IMG/VR virus record: IMGVR_UViG_3300025326_000022
DNA from: an uncultured virus (IMG/VR IMGVR_UViG_3300025326_000022)
Lineage: Duplodnaviria > Heunggongvirae > Uroviricota > Caudoviricetes
DNA length: 64,000 bases
Reading direction: 5' to 3' (one strand)
Positions 1-8,362 of this stretch are shown here, piece by piece; positions within the stretch are counted from its first letter, which is position 1; each line of letters begins with the position of its first letter. The notes beneath the pieces are model-generated. The model made no database searches. It was not told the DNA's origin and saw only the letters and a list, made by a program, of their open reading frames with translations. Made by a program: the position numbers and the translations under genes.

Positions 1-79
1 GTCATCTAGATCGTCGGCGAGGCGATATCCCCATGTGCTCCATCCGACGGGCAATCGCCTCGCCGACGATCTAGATGAC
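1..79. repeat. Perfect 26-bp inverted repeat (1-26 / 54-79) with 27-nt spacer
   Basis: gtcatctagatcgtcggcgaggcgat (1-26) is the exact reverse complement of atcgcctcgccgacgatctagatgac (54-79); left arm runs to the window edge. Confidence 0.95.
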
Positions 80-168
80 CCCTTGCTCCGACCACTCACG
101 TGACTTACGAATCTCCTCCACCGTGCGGTCGACTTCTCCCTGGGTTACGACTTTTTTCTTTTTCATCT

Positions 169-570
169 TCACGCTACCCATTCGAGACTCCGTTGGGACA
201 GGACTTTGTCTACATCCACGGGCCCACCCTTGCGGGCAATCGACCGGTCGAAATCGGTCATCAAGGATTTGGCCAAGCCCCACTGGTTCGCCGCGGCAAA
301 ATGTCGAAAAATATTGACCCACTTGACCGCCATGCGGATGGCCGTATCCTCTTGCGTGTAGGGCAATATGTCCAAGACGTACCGATGCTCCACCCGGTCG
401 GGTAACTCCAACATCGAGTTCCTGTACTCCTCTGGTTCCAGTGGTCCCGGGAGCACCAGTTCGACGTTAAGTCCTTCGGTCTGGCCTACCCGCACGATCA
501 CGACACACCAGGCCTTGGCCTGATGGGTGAACCTTATCCAATCCTTGTGCTCACTCGGCTGTTGCGACAT
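169..570 (-). CDS. hypothetical protein
   Basis: ORF with GGAG RBS before ATG 570; overlaps the end of the upstream gene. Confidence 0.6.
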   Translation of the reverse strand: MSQQPSEHKDWIRFTHQAKAWCVVIVRVGQTEGLNVELVLPGPLEPEEYRNSMLELPDRVEHRYVLDILPYTQEDTAIRMAVKWVNIFRHFAAANQWGLAKSLMTDFDRSIARKGGPVDVDKVLSQRSLEWVA

Positions 571-1636
571 GGCTCCACTCATCTGGTTGAAGATTCAGGA
601 TCAGGCCGGCCGACTCCTCGAGTTCCACGGCCTGGTGGTACTGGTCAACCCCCTGGGCCGCCTGGGTGAAGGCATTGACGACACCATAGCGGCTCAGGTC
701 GGCCCCTTCGATCAATTGGCGCAACACCGCCCCCTGGGTCGTCTCGTTGAGGCGAAACTGATTCCCCAACATTTTAATGGCCTTTTCGGGGTGACCCATG
801 ATCTGCTGGCCCTGGGCTTCCTGGAGCTTCAGAACCGTGGCTTCGAACTTCTGCTTGTCCACCGTATCAATAATGAGATCTCGAATCTTGAGCACCAGGG
901 CCTGGTTCTCCGCTGCCCAGGTATCGTCGTTCGTAACCTCGAAGGCATCGTCCTGGTCGCCCAGAAGATTACGCCCCACGTGCCGGCGCCGAATCTTGGA
1001 TTCATTGATAATCAAACCATTGAGGCACACGAGCCGGTAGATGAACGGCACCACACTGAAGGCCCCGGTCCCCACCTCGCTGTTCTGCACCATGATCCCG
1101 GACTCCACGATGTCACCCTTCTTGACCTCGGCCCGAACACCCGGAAAAGTAAACTTCATGAACATCCTGGTGTCGGTCAAGGCCACGGACTTGACCTTGA
1201 ACTCACCCACCTGGGCCAGGGCCTCGACCACCTGGCCGGCTACCTGGAAGTTATCGATCCTCCTGTAGCTCGAGCTCAGGAATGCCCTGGCCTCACCATC
1301 CAGCGTCCTGACCATCGAGTCCCCTCCGTAGTCCTGGAGTAGCTTGTTCATCAAGGGGATCATCTCGTCATGATGCCGACGGGCCCGTTCATAGAACTGC
1401 CCCGGGATCCCGAGCTTCGAAGCCACCTGTTGCTCACACAGTTGGCGCATGGGGTATACCCCGAGGCCCCGGAGGTTCAGGTGAACTCTTTGCTCACTGT
1501 ACGAGAACTTCATCTTGTCCGCCGGGGCGACAAAGTCCTTGGTCGCGGCGGCGATCCCTTGGAGCGCCTGGTGGAACTCGTGAAGCTCCATGCCCTCTGG
1601 GCCCACCCGTTTGTCAAGCCATTCGATTGCCTTCAT
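551..1636 (-). CDS. DUF932-like phage protein
   Basis: Motifs RAFLSSSYRRIDN, GIMVQNSEVGTGA, YRLVCLNG, SRYGVVNAFT; AAAGGA RBS before ATG 1636. Confidence 0.75.
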   Translation of the reverse strand: MKAIEWLDKRVGPEGMELHEFHQALQGIAAATKDFVAPADKMKFSYSEQRVHLNLRGLGVYPMRQLCEQQVASKLGIPGQFYERARRHHDEMIPLMNKLLQDYGGDSMVRTLDGEARAFLSSSYRRIDNFQVAGQVVEALAQVGEFKVKSVALTDTRMFMKFTFPGVRAEVKKGDIVESGIMVQNSEVGTGAFSVVPFIYRLVCLNGLIINESKIRRRHVGRNLLGDQDDAFEVTNDDTWAAENQALVLKIRDLIIDTVDKQKFEATVLKLQEAQGQQIMGHPEKAIKMLGNQFRLNETTQGAVLRQLIEGADLSRYGVVNAFTQAAQGVDQYHQAVELEESAGLILNLQPDEWSHVATAE

Positions 1637-1851
1637 GACAGATCCTTTTGTTTTTGATTGAGTTTCGACTCTTGATGTCCACAGGGACATGCCTGACCTT
1701 CGTGTTCTTGTTGTTGGGTCCGCTCGACACATCGGCCGGACCAACTGGATCGCAAGACCGCTGCCCCGTGGACCAAGGCCCCGTGGCCAACCTGAGGAAT
1801 CAACGAGAGGCAATAGATGAGGGCGTCCAACTCCTGGGCGCAGAAATGCAC
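1633..1851 (-). CDS. small hypothetical protein
   Basis: AGGAGG RBS before GTG; stop overlaps next ATG (ATGA). Confidence 0.45.
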   Translation of the reverse strand: MHFCAQELDALIYCLSLIPQVGHGALVHGAAVLRSSWSGRCVERTQQQEHEGQACPCGHQESKLNQKQKDLS

Positions 1852-1881
1852 GGTCACCTCCTGGGTAAAGTTGTACCCAGC

Positions 1882-1910
1882 CTTATGACCAAGATGTCAA
1901 CAAAATTAAC
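1882..1910 (-). promoter_or_regulatory. class I promoter-like motif GTTAAT-N17-CATAAG
   Basis: One of four intergenic copies with identical 17-nt spacing. Confidence 0.6.
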
Positions 1911-1913
1911 GAC

Positions 1914-2267
1914 TTACGCTGCCTTCTTGAGAAACTGGTACTCATCGAATTCAGCCAACGGACGATTGGATGGGCCACAGGCCACAGTCCAGTGGTCACG
2001 TACACGCCGAACCGCAATGTTGACCACCACGCCGCAGTTACGCCGACGAGCCCAATAGTTCCCCTCACCAAACGGGCGGTCCATCCACGGGCCCCTCCCG
2101 ATCATCCCCGCGTGCTTGACACGCTGGTGCCGCTCTGCCGGCTGCAGAGATCCCCAGTGGGTCAGGCACACGATATTCCCGTGGACCGCGACCCCAGGCT
2201 CCACCATGATGGATTCATGATCCACCGGGGCGAAACAAACGGGGCAATGTACAACCATCGGTTCCAT
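1914..2267 (-). CDS. hypothetical Cys-containing protein
   Basis: ORF with CPVC; TATACT-N6-ATG leaderless-type start. Confidence 0.6.
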   Translation of the reverse strand: MEPMVVHCPVCFAPVDHESIMVEPGVAVHGNIVCLTHWGSLQPAERHQRVKHAGMIGRGPWMDRPFGEGNYWARRRNCGVVVNIAVRRVRDHWTVACGPSNRPLAEFDEYQFLKKAA

Positions 2268-2299
2268 TGCTACAGTATAGCATCGTTCTACTCATCAGT

Positions 2300-2545
2300 T
2301 CAAGGGGTTCCACCATGGGTCTTGAATTGAGCACCAGGATCCCCTGGCAACACCCTGGCCCGGCCCCGGAGTGATCGAAGGATTTCGATCCTTGGGAGCT
2401 CCTCTGGACCTCGAAAGAATTTTGCCTTCCGGTCCATAATCCAGTGGAGCCGATCAGCTAACGAAAGATCAAGGAACCGTTGGATCGGGACTCGGGAAGG
2501 CCCCCCGGGCCCCTGGAGCACCACCATGATGTCGTGCAACTTCAT
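2300..2545 (-). CDS. hypothetical protein
   Basis: 81-aa ORF; TATAAT 8 nt upstream of ATG. Confidence 0.6.
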   Translation of the reverse strand: MKLHDIMVVLQGPGGPSRVPIQRFLDLSLADRLHWIMDRKAKFFRGPEELPRIEILRSLRGRARVLPGDPGAQFKTHGGTP

Positions 2546-2565
2546 AACCCTGGATTATACCACCC

Positions 2566-2594
2566 GTGTATTGACCCCAGCGGATGCGCATAAG
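2566..2594 (+). promoter_or_regulatory. class I promoter-like motif GTGTAT-N17-CATAAG
   Basis: Upstream of the pentapeptide-repeat gene. Confidence 0.6.
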
Positions 2595-2637
2595 GACTTG
2601 AGAGATCTATTGACCTTCAAACAAAAGGAGAAAGAAG

Positions 2638-3450
2638 ATGTACACGCCTCTTAATGAAACTGCCGACGAAGTTGCCCTCGAGACCCGCCCGATCTTCCAA
2701 CTGCTCGAAAGCATGGAAGGGTGGTCCAGCGAGGAACGAGATCACCTACACCGGGCCCTAGGGTTTGTGCTCCAGTGGTCAAGCCGGCAAATATCCGGCA
2801 CCTCGGTTCGTTATACCGAGGCCGATCAACCCCGGTGGTTCCCCGGCCGGTGGACCACGGTCCAGGAACCAGACCGCCGCTACCGCAAACTCTCGGTCGA
2901 TATCGACCTCTTCACCCTCTGGTGCATGGCGGTGGAACGTGAGCTGCTTCCTCGGTACCGAAACTTCCGGCGTTCAGTGTTCAAGAACCTGACGATCCAT
3001 GGGAAGGAAGTCAGCGAAGGGAAGGAAGATCCCCTCTTCATCGAACTCGAGGTCCCAGGGGGAAATGAAATATTCCATGGGGCCAGGCTCCAGGGGGCCG
3101 TGCTGGACAGAGTTTACTGGACAGAACTGAGCTTCCAAGGGGCCAAGCTGCAGGATGCCTCTATCGTGTACAGTTGCCTTGATGGCGGCAAGTTCGAAGA
3201 CGCAGACCTCCGGCGAGTCAACGGCTACCAGGCGTCATTGGCCGGCTGCATCTTCCGCAACACCCGGATGGACGACTCCAGGTTCCGTTGTGCCAACTTG
3301 ACCTCCACCCAATTCCTCGGGGGCGTGAACCTCAACTATGCGGACTTCCTGGGGGCTAACCTAGAGGGCTGCCGCACCGAAGGATCCATCTGGGACAAGG
3401 ACCTTCGGATCAACCCCGAGGCCCGGAGGATCCTGTTTCCACAAGGGTAA
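2638..3450 (+). CDS. pentapeptide-repeat protein
   Basis: C-terminal A(D/N/K/R)Lxx repeats (GARLQGAVLD, GAKLQDA, DADLR, CANLT, YADFLGANLEG); AAGGAG RBS. Confidence 0.85.
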   Translation: MYTPLNETADEVALETRPIFQLLESMEGWSSEERDHLHRALGFVLQWSSRQISGTSVRYTEADQPRWFPGRWTTVQEPDRRYRKLSVDIDLFTLWCMAVERELLPRYRNFRRSVFKNLTIHGKEVSEGKEDPLFIELEVPGGNEIFHGARLQGAVLDRVYWTELSFQGAKLQDASIVYSCLDGGKFEDADLRRVNGYQASLAGCIFRNTRMDDSRFRCANLTSTQFLGGVNLNYADFLGANLEGCRTEGSIWDKDLRINPEARRILFPQG

Positions 3451-3471
3451 CCCGCGGGCCGCGGGATCCAA

Positions 3472-3495
3472 GAGAGCGCCCTCGGCTCTTTTTTT
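3472..3495 (+). terminator. intrinsic terminator
   Basis: AGAGC-loop-GCTCT followed by a T run between convergent genes. Confidence 0.6.
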
Positions 3496-3497
3496 AG

Positions 3498-3827
3498 CTA
3501 ATGGGACTTGTCTTGGATGCTGGACACCCGGACCACGGCCTCGAGAAGCTTGGGGGTATCGTTCACGATCCCCTGGAGCAACTGGTTCAACACCGCGGCC
3601 TGGGGTTCAAGACCAACAAGCCCCTGCTCCCTGGCGACGGTCTCGGCGGTCGAGACCAACAAGAGTTTGATCAGCGCGATGCTATTGGCGCCCCGGAGCC
3701 GCATCATGTCGAGATGCACCCTGGGGCCACAGAACACCGCCATCACGGAACCCGAGCCCTCGGGTAACGCGGACCTCACATGTTCAAATATCGATCGAAT
3801 GGTTTGATCGTCTTGTTCTGGAGACAT
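3498..3827 (-). CDS. hypothetical protein
   Basis: 109-aa ORF, GC3-rich codons. Confidence 0.6.
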   Translation of the reverse strand: MSPEQDDQTIRSIFEHVRSALPEGSGSVMAVFCGPRVHLDMMRLRGANSIALIKLLLVSTAETVAREQGLVGLEPQAAVLNQLLQGIVNDTPKLLEAVVRVSSIQDKSH

Positions 3828-4192
3828 CTCGTCACCACCTTGAGGCCATGGGGGTTAGCAGGATATTGGGTTTGGCCAAACAGATTGGCCACTTGGTTCC
3901 GCGCAGCAATACAGTACCGCACAACACTCGCGCCAGAACTGGACCCCGGCAGTTTACCACTCTCGTGGATCGCCTTGACAACCAGAGGATCCATTGCAAA
4001 GTCGAAGATCAACCGGTAGTTAAGAAAAGGCACTCGCCTGGGACTGTAGGCCATCCCCAGGATCGCGGGGACCCCACAGGTTAAAAAATACCCCCTCGGG
4101 ATCACCAGGATGTAGGAGTCAAGAAAGTAATGACGGCCCGCCAGGACCGAAAGCCCGAGGAGGTGGGCGGTCTCGAGGGCCCAGGCGGCCAT
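3776..4192 (-). CDS. hypothetical protein
   Basis: ORF after GAGGAGG; start uncertain. Confidence 0.55.
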   Translation of the reverse strand: MAAWALETAHLLGLSVLAGRHYFLDSYILVIPRGYFLTCGVPAILGMAYSPRRVPFLNYRLIFDFAMDPLVVKAIHESGKLPGSSSGASVVRYCIAARNQVANLFGQTQYPANPHGLKVVTRCLQNKTIKPFDRYLNM

Positions 4193-4229
4193 CGGGATCC
4201 CCACCTCCTCGGTCGCGTGGGCCCGGAGA

Positions 4230-4355
4230 TCAGTTGAGATCAACGAGCTCGCCACCTGAATCCTTCAGTTCATGTTCCACCAACTTGATCAAGTTGGCCA
4301 CCAGGATCAAGACCGGGGGCGAAGCGAACATGAGCTTGACAAATCTTTCCAGCAT
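4230..4355 (-). CDS. 41-aa small protein (not in supplied ORF track)
   Basis: CAGGAG RBS then MLERFVKLMFASPPVLILVANLIKLVEHELKDSGGELVDLN*; directly downstream of a class I motif. Confidence 0.6.
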   Translation of the reverse strand: MLERFVKLMFASPPVLILVANLIKLVEHELKDSGGELVDLN

Positions 4356-4390
4356 AGAGACTCCTGTGGGTCTAAGGTTGAATACTGCCC

Positions 4391-4419
4391 CTTATGACAC
4401 CAACATCTCAAAAATTCAC
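4391..4419 (-). promoter_or_regulatory. class I promoter-like motif GTGAAT-N17-CATAAG
   Basis: Same bipartite geometry as the other three copies. Confidence 0.6.
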
Positions 4420-4979
4420 CCATGGGCAATTTCAATCGCCTGCTCGGCCGCTCGGTTGTCCTCGGGAGAGAAGCGCTCCCGGTCCGCCCCCTGGTCCAAC
4501 TGCACCCCGGTCTCCCGGTAGCTCTGTTGTTCGAACCCGGTGCGCCGCTCCCCTGGACCCGGGAGACCAAAGCGCTCCCGGTATTCCCCCTGGGTCATGG
4601 CCCGGCCCTCCCGATAATGCTTCGCCATCTCGGCCCACGGGACATTGGAACGAGAGAACCCATGGGTCTTCATGTAGACATTGGACACATGGTTTTCAAA
4701 GGTGTCGTACCTGACCAGGAGGCAAGCATTCGAATCGATCGGGTGGTTATTGAACATCAGGTTGATCCTGCGCTCGAAGTCCTCGAACGGCACGTTCAAC
4801 AGGACTTCGTTGTTCCTCACGATTTCCCACTGGTCACTCCCCTCGCCCAACAGGTGCAGCACCGCGCTGGTCCGGACATTCCTCAGCACCTTGAACACCA
4901 GGGCCCGCTGCACGACCCCGTGGGTGTTGACAAACACCTCACAGGTCACCACGATCATGTAGGGAGGCTGGCTCCTCAC
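4416..4979 (-). CDS. hypothetical protein
   Basis: 187-aa ORF coupled to upstream gene (GTGA overlap). Confidence 0.65.
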   Translation of the reverse strand: MRSQPPYMIVVTCEVFVNTHGVVQRALVFKVLRNVRTSAVLHLLGEGSDQWEIVRNNEVLLNVPFEDFERRINLMFNNHPIDSNACLLVRYDTFENHVSNVYMKTHGFSRSNVPWAEMAKHYREGRAMTQGEYRERFGLPGPGERRTGFEQQSYRETGVQLDQGADRERFSPEDNRAAEQAIEIAHG

Positions 4980-5350
4980 GGACGAACGGGCACCGGGGGC
5001 TGGTTGGTGCTGCGGCGGTACGGCGACGTCCCACGCTCATCCATCAAGAGGTTGAAGTGATCGATCACCTCGTGGAAGACCTTTCGGATCGCATCATCCC
5101 CCACCCACGGGATCATGACCCTCTCGCGCTGCAGCAGGTTCCCCCGGGCCTCCGACAGGGCCTCGTACCGGTAGAGTGTCATGACGTCGACCCCCGGCTG
5201 ACGGGCAAATGCCGTCCGCATCGCGATGGCCGAGATATCGTCCGGCGGGTTGTACTCGAACTTGAAGAACCCCTCGATCTTGTCCGCCACCTTGACGGGG
5301 AACCCTACAGATTCAAACGTCACTTTCAATTGTTCAATATTGAGCTGCAT
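4976..5350 (-). CDS. hypothetical protein
   Basis: 124-aa ORF, GAGG RBS. Confidence 0.65.
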   Translation of the reverse strand: MQLNIEQLKVTFESVGFPVKVADKIEGFFKFEYNPPDDISAIAMRTAFARQPGVDVMTLYRYEALSEARGNLLQRERVMIPWVGDDAIRKVFHEVIDHFNLLMDERGTSPYRRSTNQPPVPVRP

Positions 5351-5352
5351 CC

Positions 5353-5781
5353 TTACCTCGATAGTTTGATTCGAATTTTCTTTGACGGGACCTGTGGGGC
5401 CCCAGGGTCAGGAGCCAATAGACTGCCTTCGCGGAACGCTACCCGCTGGGGTGCCTGCCCTGGGCCGCCGTACACGATGGCCTCGTTCTGTGGTACCGAC
5501 ACCTGGAGAGTATCGGCATCATCCTGGGGCACCTGGGACATCTGGCCGGGCCACTGGGGAGTACCCACCGGTCTGAACCCCTGGAGAGCCGGTGGATCCG
5601 GCGCCCTCGGGACCTCCATGCCCACGTGAGCCATGGGTAAGAAATAATCGCACGACACCAACGAGGCCTCGAGATCCACCAGCGCGACCTTCCCGTCGGG
5701 GAAGGGCAACATGGTGTTCTGTTCCATCTGTTTGCGCACCACACACAAGACCCGGTGGGCACATTGTTTACAACTGATCAA
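5353..5781 (-). CDS. hypothetical protein with N-terminal Cys cluster
   Basis: TTG start after AGGAGG, overlapping upstream TGA; CKQCAHRVLC...C. Confidence 0.55.
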   Translation of the reverse strand: MISCKQCAHRVLCVVRKQMEQNTMLPFPDGKVALVDLEASLVSCDYFLPMAHVGMEVPRAPDPPALQGFRPVGTPQWPGQMSQVPQDDADTLQVSVPQNEAIVYGGPGQAPQRVAFREGSLLAPDPGAPQVPSKKIRIKLSR

Positions 5782-5972
5782 TATTGCCTCCTTTTGGAGA
5801 AGTCTTCGATCAACCCCTTGAGTGCCTGGAGATCCCCCCGGGCCAGTAGCAAGAAGATCATGTTGAACGCCCCGCTGAGCCCGATCTTCCGAGTCTCGGC
5901 CACGAACTCCAGGAACTCGAAAGCCTGGAGATTGACGTAGAAGGTCTTCCTGAGGGTATCGCGTTTCCCCAT
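5778..5972 (-). CDS. putative ribbon-helix-helix DNA-binding protein (64 aa)
   Basis: RKTFYVN strand followed by FEFLEFVAETRKIGLSGAFNMIF helix-turn-helix pattern resembling CopG/Arc. Confidence 0.55.
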   Translation of the reverse strand: MGKRDTLRKTFYVNLQAFEFLEFVAETRKIGLSGAFNMIFLLLARGDLQALKGLIEDFSKRRQY

Positions 5973-6036
5973 GGCACAAGTATGCCACAATTGTGTATGT
6001 CTTGTCAACTCGCGGGGGTTCCAGTACAATGGGGGT
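5973..6036. promoter_or_regulatory. divergent promoter region with palindromic operator candidate
   Basis: Minus: TTGACA-N18-CATACT-N6-ATG with palindrome CACAATTGTG in the spacer; plus: TACAAT-N6-GTG. Confidence 0.65.
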
Positions 6037-6417
6037 GTGGCAAAGCACACTACCCAGCGGCAGGACAACCCGTATCTACAGCTTCTCCAGCGAGGCATCG
6101 AGGCCGACATCCAGGCCGTTAAGGCCGGGGCCTTGGACGAGGAACTCCTGCGAGACCGATTCAAACGCGATATGTCGGAGCCCAACGCCACCGTGATGCT
6201 GTGGCTCTCGGCCATGGTCCTGGGGGTAGTGGACGACCTGAGTGCCAAGGTAGAGGACCGCGGGGGTGTACCACACTACACCTTTATCCCGACGTGGAAC
6301 CAGGAGCACAGGACCCTTGCCCCGGTGATCCACCTGGCGCCCCCGGGACCGGTACAAGGGCAGGGCGAAGTCCACGGCCAAGCGTTACCCGGGCCTTCCC
6401 AACGGGCCGCAGGATAA
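6037..6417 (+). CDS. hypothetical protein
   Basis: GTG start 6 nt after TACAAT; GC3-rich codons. Confidence 0.55.
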   Translation: MAKHTTQRQDNPYLQLLQRGIEADIQAVKAGALDEELLRDRFKRDMSEPNATVMLWLSAMVLGVVDDLSAKVEDRGGVPHYTFIPTWNQEHRTLAPVIHLAPPGPVQGQGEVHGQALPGPSQRAAG

Positions 6418-6544
6418 CGTCCACCTGGAGGCATGTGCCACAGGCTCCACACTCGGTGTAGCCGTCGAACACCTCGACCCCAAGGAACCCATGGCCACAG
6501 GCCGGGCAGCTACTTGGCCTTACGGTGCCGTCGAATTTGGTCAT
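6284..6544 (-). CDS. putative zinc-ribbon protein
   Basis: CPACG...CGACG; overlaps a convergent gene. Confidence 0.45.
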   Translation of the reverse strand: MTKFDGTVRPSSCPACGHGFLGVEVFDGYTECGACGTCLQVDVILRPVGKARVTLGRGLRPALVPVPGAPGGSPGQGSCAPGSTSG

Positions 6545-6950
6545 CGAATCCTCTTCCTTTTGGAATGTTGAATACCTGGCGTGATTCCACCGGGGCCATC
6601 CCCGGCATCACGGCTTCGACCAAGGCCCTGGGGTCCACTTGGAACGCATGGGTCTCGGCCAACCGGAGGAACTCATCCCGATCCTTGGTCGACACCTTGG
6701 GGGGCTCACGCTCGAAGAACCTGGCCTGGATCTGGCCCACCAGCTTGTCGATAACCTCGCCCTTGCCCGCGGCCGCGAGCCCCGGGGCAAAGGCCACCAG
6801 CTGGACATACTGGAAGATGCGATCCTCCTCCCAAAGCTCCACCGCGATCGCGATATCCTCCTCGAGACTCCCGGGCCTCGGGGCCCTGGGCCAGTACCTC
6901 ATCCTGATCTTGGCCCGCCGGAGAAACCCCGGGGAGGTCAGGATTTTCCC
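6510..6950 (-). CDS. tail assembly chaperone, -1 frameshift extension (gpGT-like)
   Basis: Open -1 frame from slippery G GGA AAA (6950-6944) continues into the ORF 6510-6902. Confidence 0.7.
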   Translation of the reverse strand, partial: GKILTSPGFLRRAKIRMRYWPRAPRPGSLEEDIAIAVELWEEDRIFQYVQLVAFAPGLAAAGKGEVIDKLVGQIQARFFEREPPKVSTKDRDEFLRLAETHAFQVDPRALVEAVMPGMAPVESRQVFNIPKGRGFDDQIRRHRKAK

Positions 6951-7477
6951 AGGGACTCTCCTCCCGAGCGGACAAACTTGTCAGCCCGGTCGTTGAACAG
7001 CAGGTAGTGGGCGTAGAGGAAGTAGATCATCTGGACGGGCAGCCGCTTCACCACCTTGATCCGCTCGTCGAAAGCCTTCTCGATGTCATCGGGCTTACTG
7101 GATTCGCACACTTCCTCAAGATCCGGTTTCATCTCGTTGCCGTTGAGCCCCTGGAGCGAAGCCGCGACGTAGAAGAACCGGGCCAACTCGTCGAACACCG
7201 CGGACCAGTCCTGCCGATGACGATTCGACAGGATCCTGAGGAGATGCTCCAACACCCGGCCACTCAGGGTACGGTACAACACCTTGACCTTCGGGTTGAT
7301 GGCGAACGACTGCTCGAGGTATCCCTTGAGCAGCAGGTCCTCGTAATTGAACTGGCTCTGGGTCTTCTCGGCCAACAGGCGGGACACATCATCCTTCGCC
7401 AAGATCTTGTCCACCAGGTCTTCGGCCTGGAGCTCCGCCTCCGTCTTCTCGGGTGTACTGTCCGGGGTCTTGTCCAT
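6938..7477 (-). CDS. tail assembly chaperone (gpG-like)
   Basis: Follows tail tube; GAAGGAG RBS; ends ...GKS* over a slippery heptamer. Confidence 0.7.
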   Translation of the reverse strand: MDKTPDSTPEKTEAELQAEDLVDKILAKDDVSRLLAEKTQSQFNYEDLLLKGYLEQSFAINPKVKVLYRTLSGRVLEHLLRILSNRHRQDWSAVFDELARFFYVAASLQGLNGNEMKPDLEEVCESSKPDDIEKAFDERIKVVKRLPVQMIYFLYAHYLLFNDRADKFVRSGGESLGKS

Positions 7478-7514
7478 GGGGTCTCCTTCAAGAGGTTGAA
7501 AACCCCATTGTAAC

Positions 7515-7565
7515 AAAAAAAGAAGAGCCGGGGGCTCGACCCCTGGGAATGCCCCCGGCCCCCTC
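7515..7565 (-). terminator. intrinsic terminator after tail tube
   Basis: GGGGCCGGGGGC/GCCCCCGGCTCT stem then T7. Confidence 0.8.
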
Positions 7566-7591
7566 GGCCCAAGGGCCAAGCCTAAGCAACA

Positions 7592-8353
7592 CTAGGCAGG
7601 GGCGCCGTTTTGTGCAGCCAGCTTAATCCCGAGGTCTCCTGCGTCCTCCGAAGGTCTGCCAAGAGTCTCGTCAATCAACTGGACCAACTGGATGATCCCG
7701 GTGCCGATCGGGATGATGCGCTCGGCCTGGACCGTCGTGGTCTCGGACATCAGGATCGTGTTGGAGTCGGTGGCGAAGACGTAGCTGTCGACCATACAGT
7801 TTTCCGCGTAGCACATGGCATACGTGAGTTCGTCCTGATCTCGCAACATCAGGAGCAGGCCAACCGGCTGGCTAAAGAGATCCGACGTCATGTTGATGAA
7901 AAAGTTCTGTTCCCCGGGCCGGATCTTGACCGTGTGGTTGTTGACCCCAATGGTGTTTCCGCTCTGGAACCTCTTGAGCAGCGCCTTGATTTCACCGGCG
8001 CCACCCGTATTCTTGTAATACGCATAGAGCGCCCGCAACAGGTTGGGCCCGTGGTACATGATGCGGGACAACTGCATCGTGGTGATGGCATGGCCCGTGA
8101 TGAAGTACTGCCGGACACTCCCGATCTCGAACAGCCGCTGGACATTCAGCGCCTGGGAGACCGACATCTGCTGCAGCATCCCGATCAAGAAGATCAGTTC
8201 ATTCTCATCCCCTGCACCACCCCCTACCCCACCGGCAAAGGCCGCGAGGTTCGGCGGCCCGGCCCCAATGACCGTCGCGCGACCACTGAGGTACTGGCCG
8301 TGGGGCATGGCCCCCTGGACCTTAGTTTTGAAAAAATCCCACGTAATCGCCAT
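7592..8353 (-). CDS. tail tube protein
   Basis: Immediately after sheath; IGMLQQMSVSQ...QRLFEIGS...YFITG pattern, beta-rich. Confidence 0.7.
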   Translation of the reverse strand: MAITWDFFKTKVQGAMPHGQYLSGRATVIGAGPPNLAAFAGGVGGGAGDENELIFLIGMLQQMSVSQALNVQRLFEIGSVRQYFITGHAITTMQLSRIMYHGPNLLRALYAYYKNTGGAGEIKALLKRFQSGNTIGVNNHTVKIRPGEQNFFINMTSDLFSQPVGLLLMLRDQDELTYAMCYAENCMVDSYVFATDSNTILMSETTTVQAERIIPIGTGIIQLVQLIDETLGRPSEDAGDLGIKLAAQNGAPA

Positions 8354-8362
8354 GATGCAACC

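Noticed and set aside
1637..1813. Long N-terminal extensions in the ORF track (also 7478-7579, 12574-12837, 29044-29187, 45067-45189)
   Set aside because: They overlap neighbouring genes or terminators; downstream starts have an SD or translational coupling.
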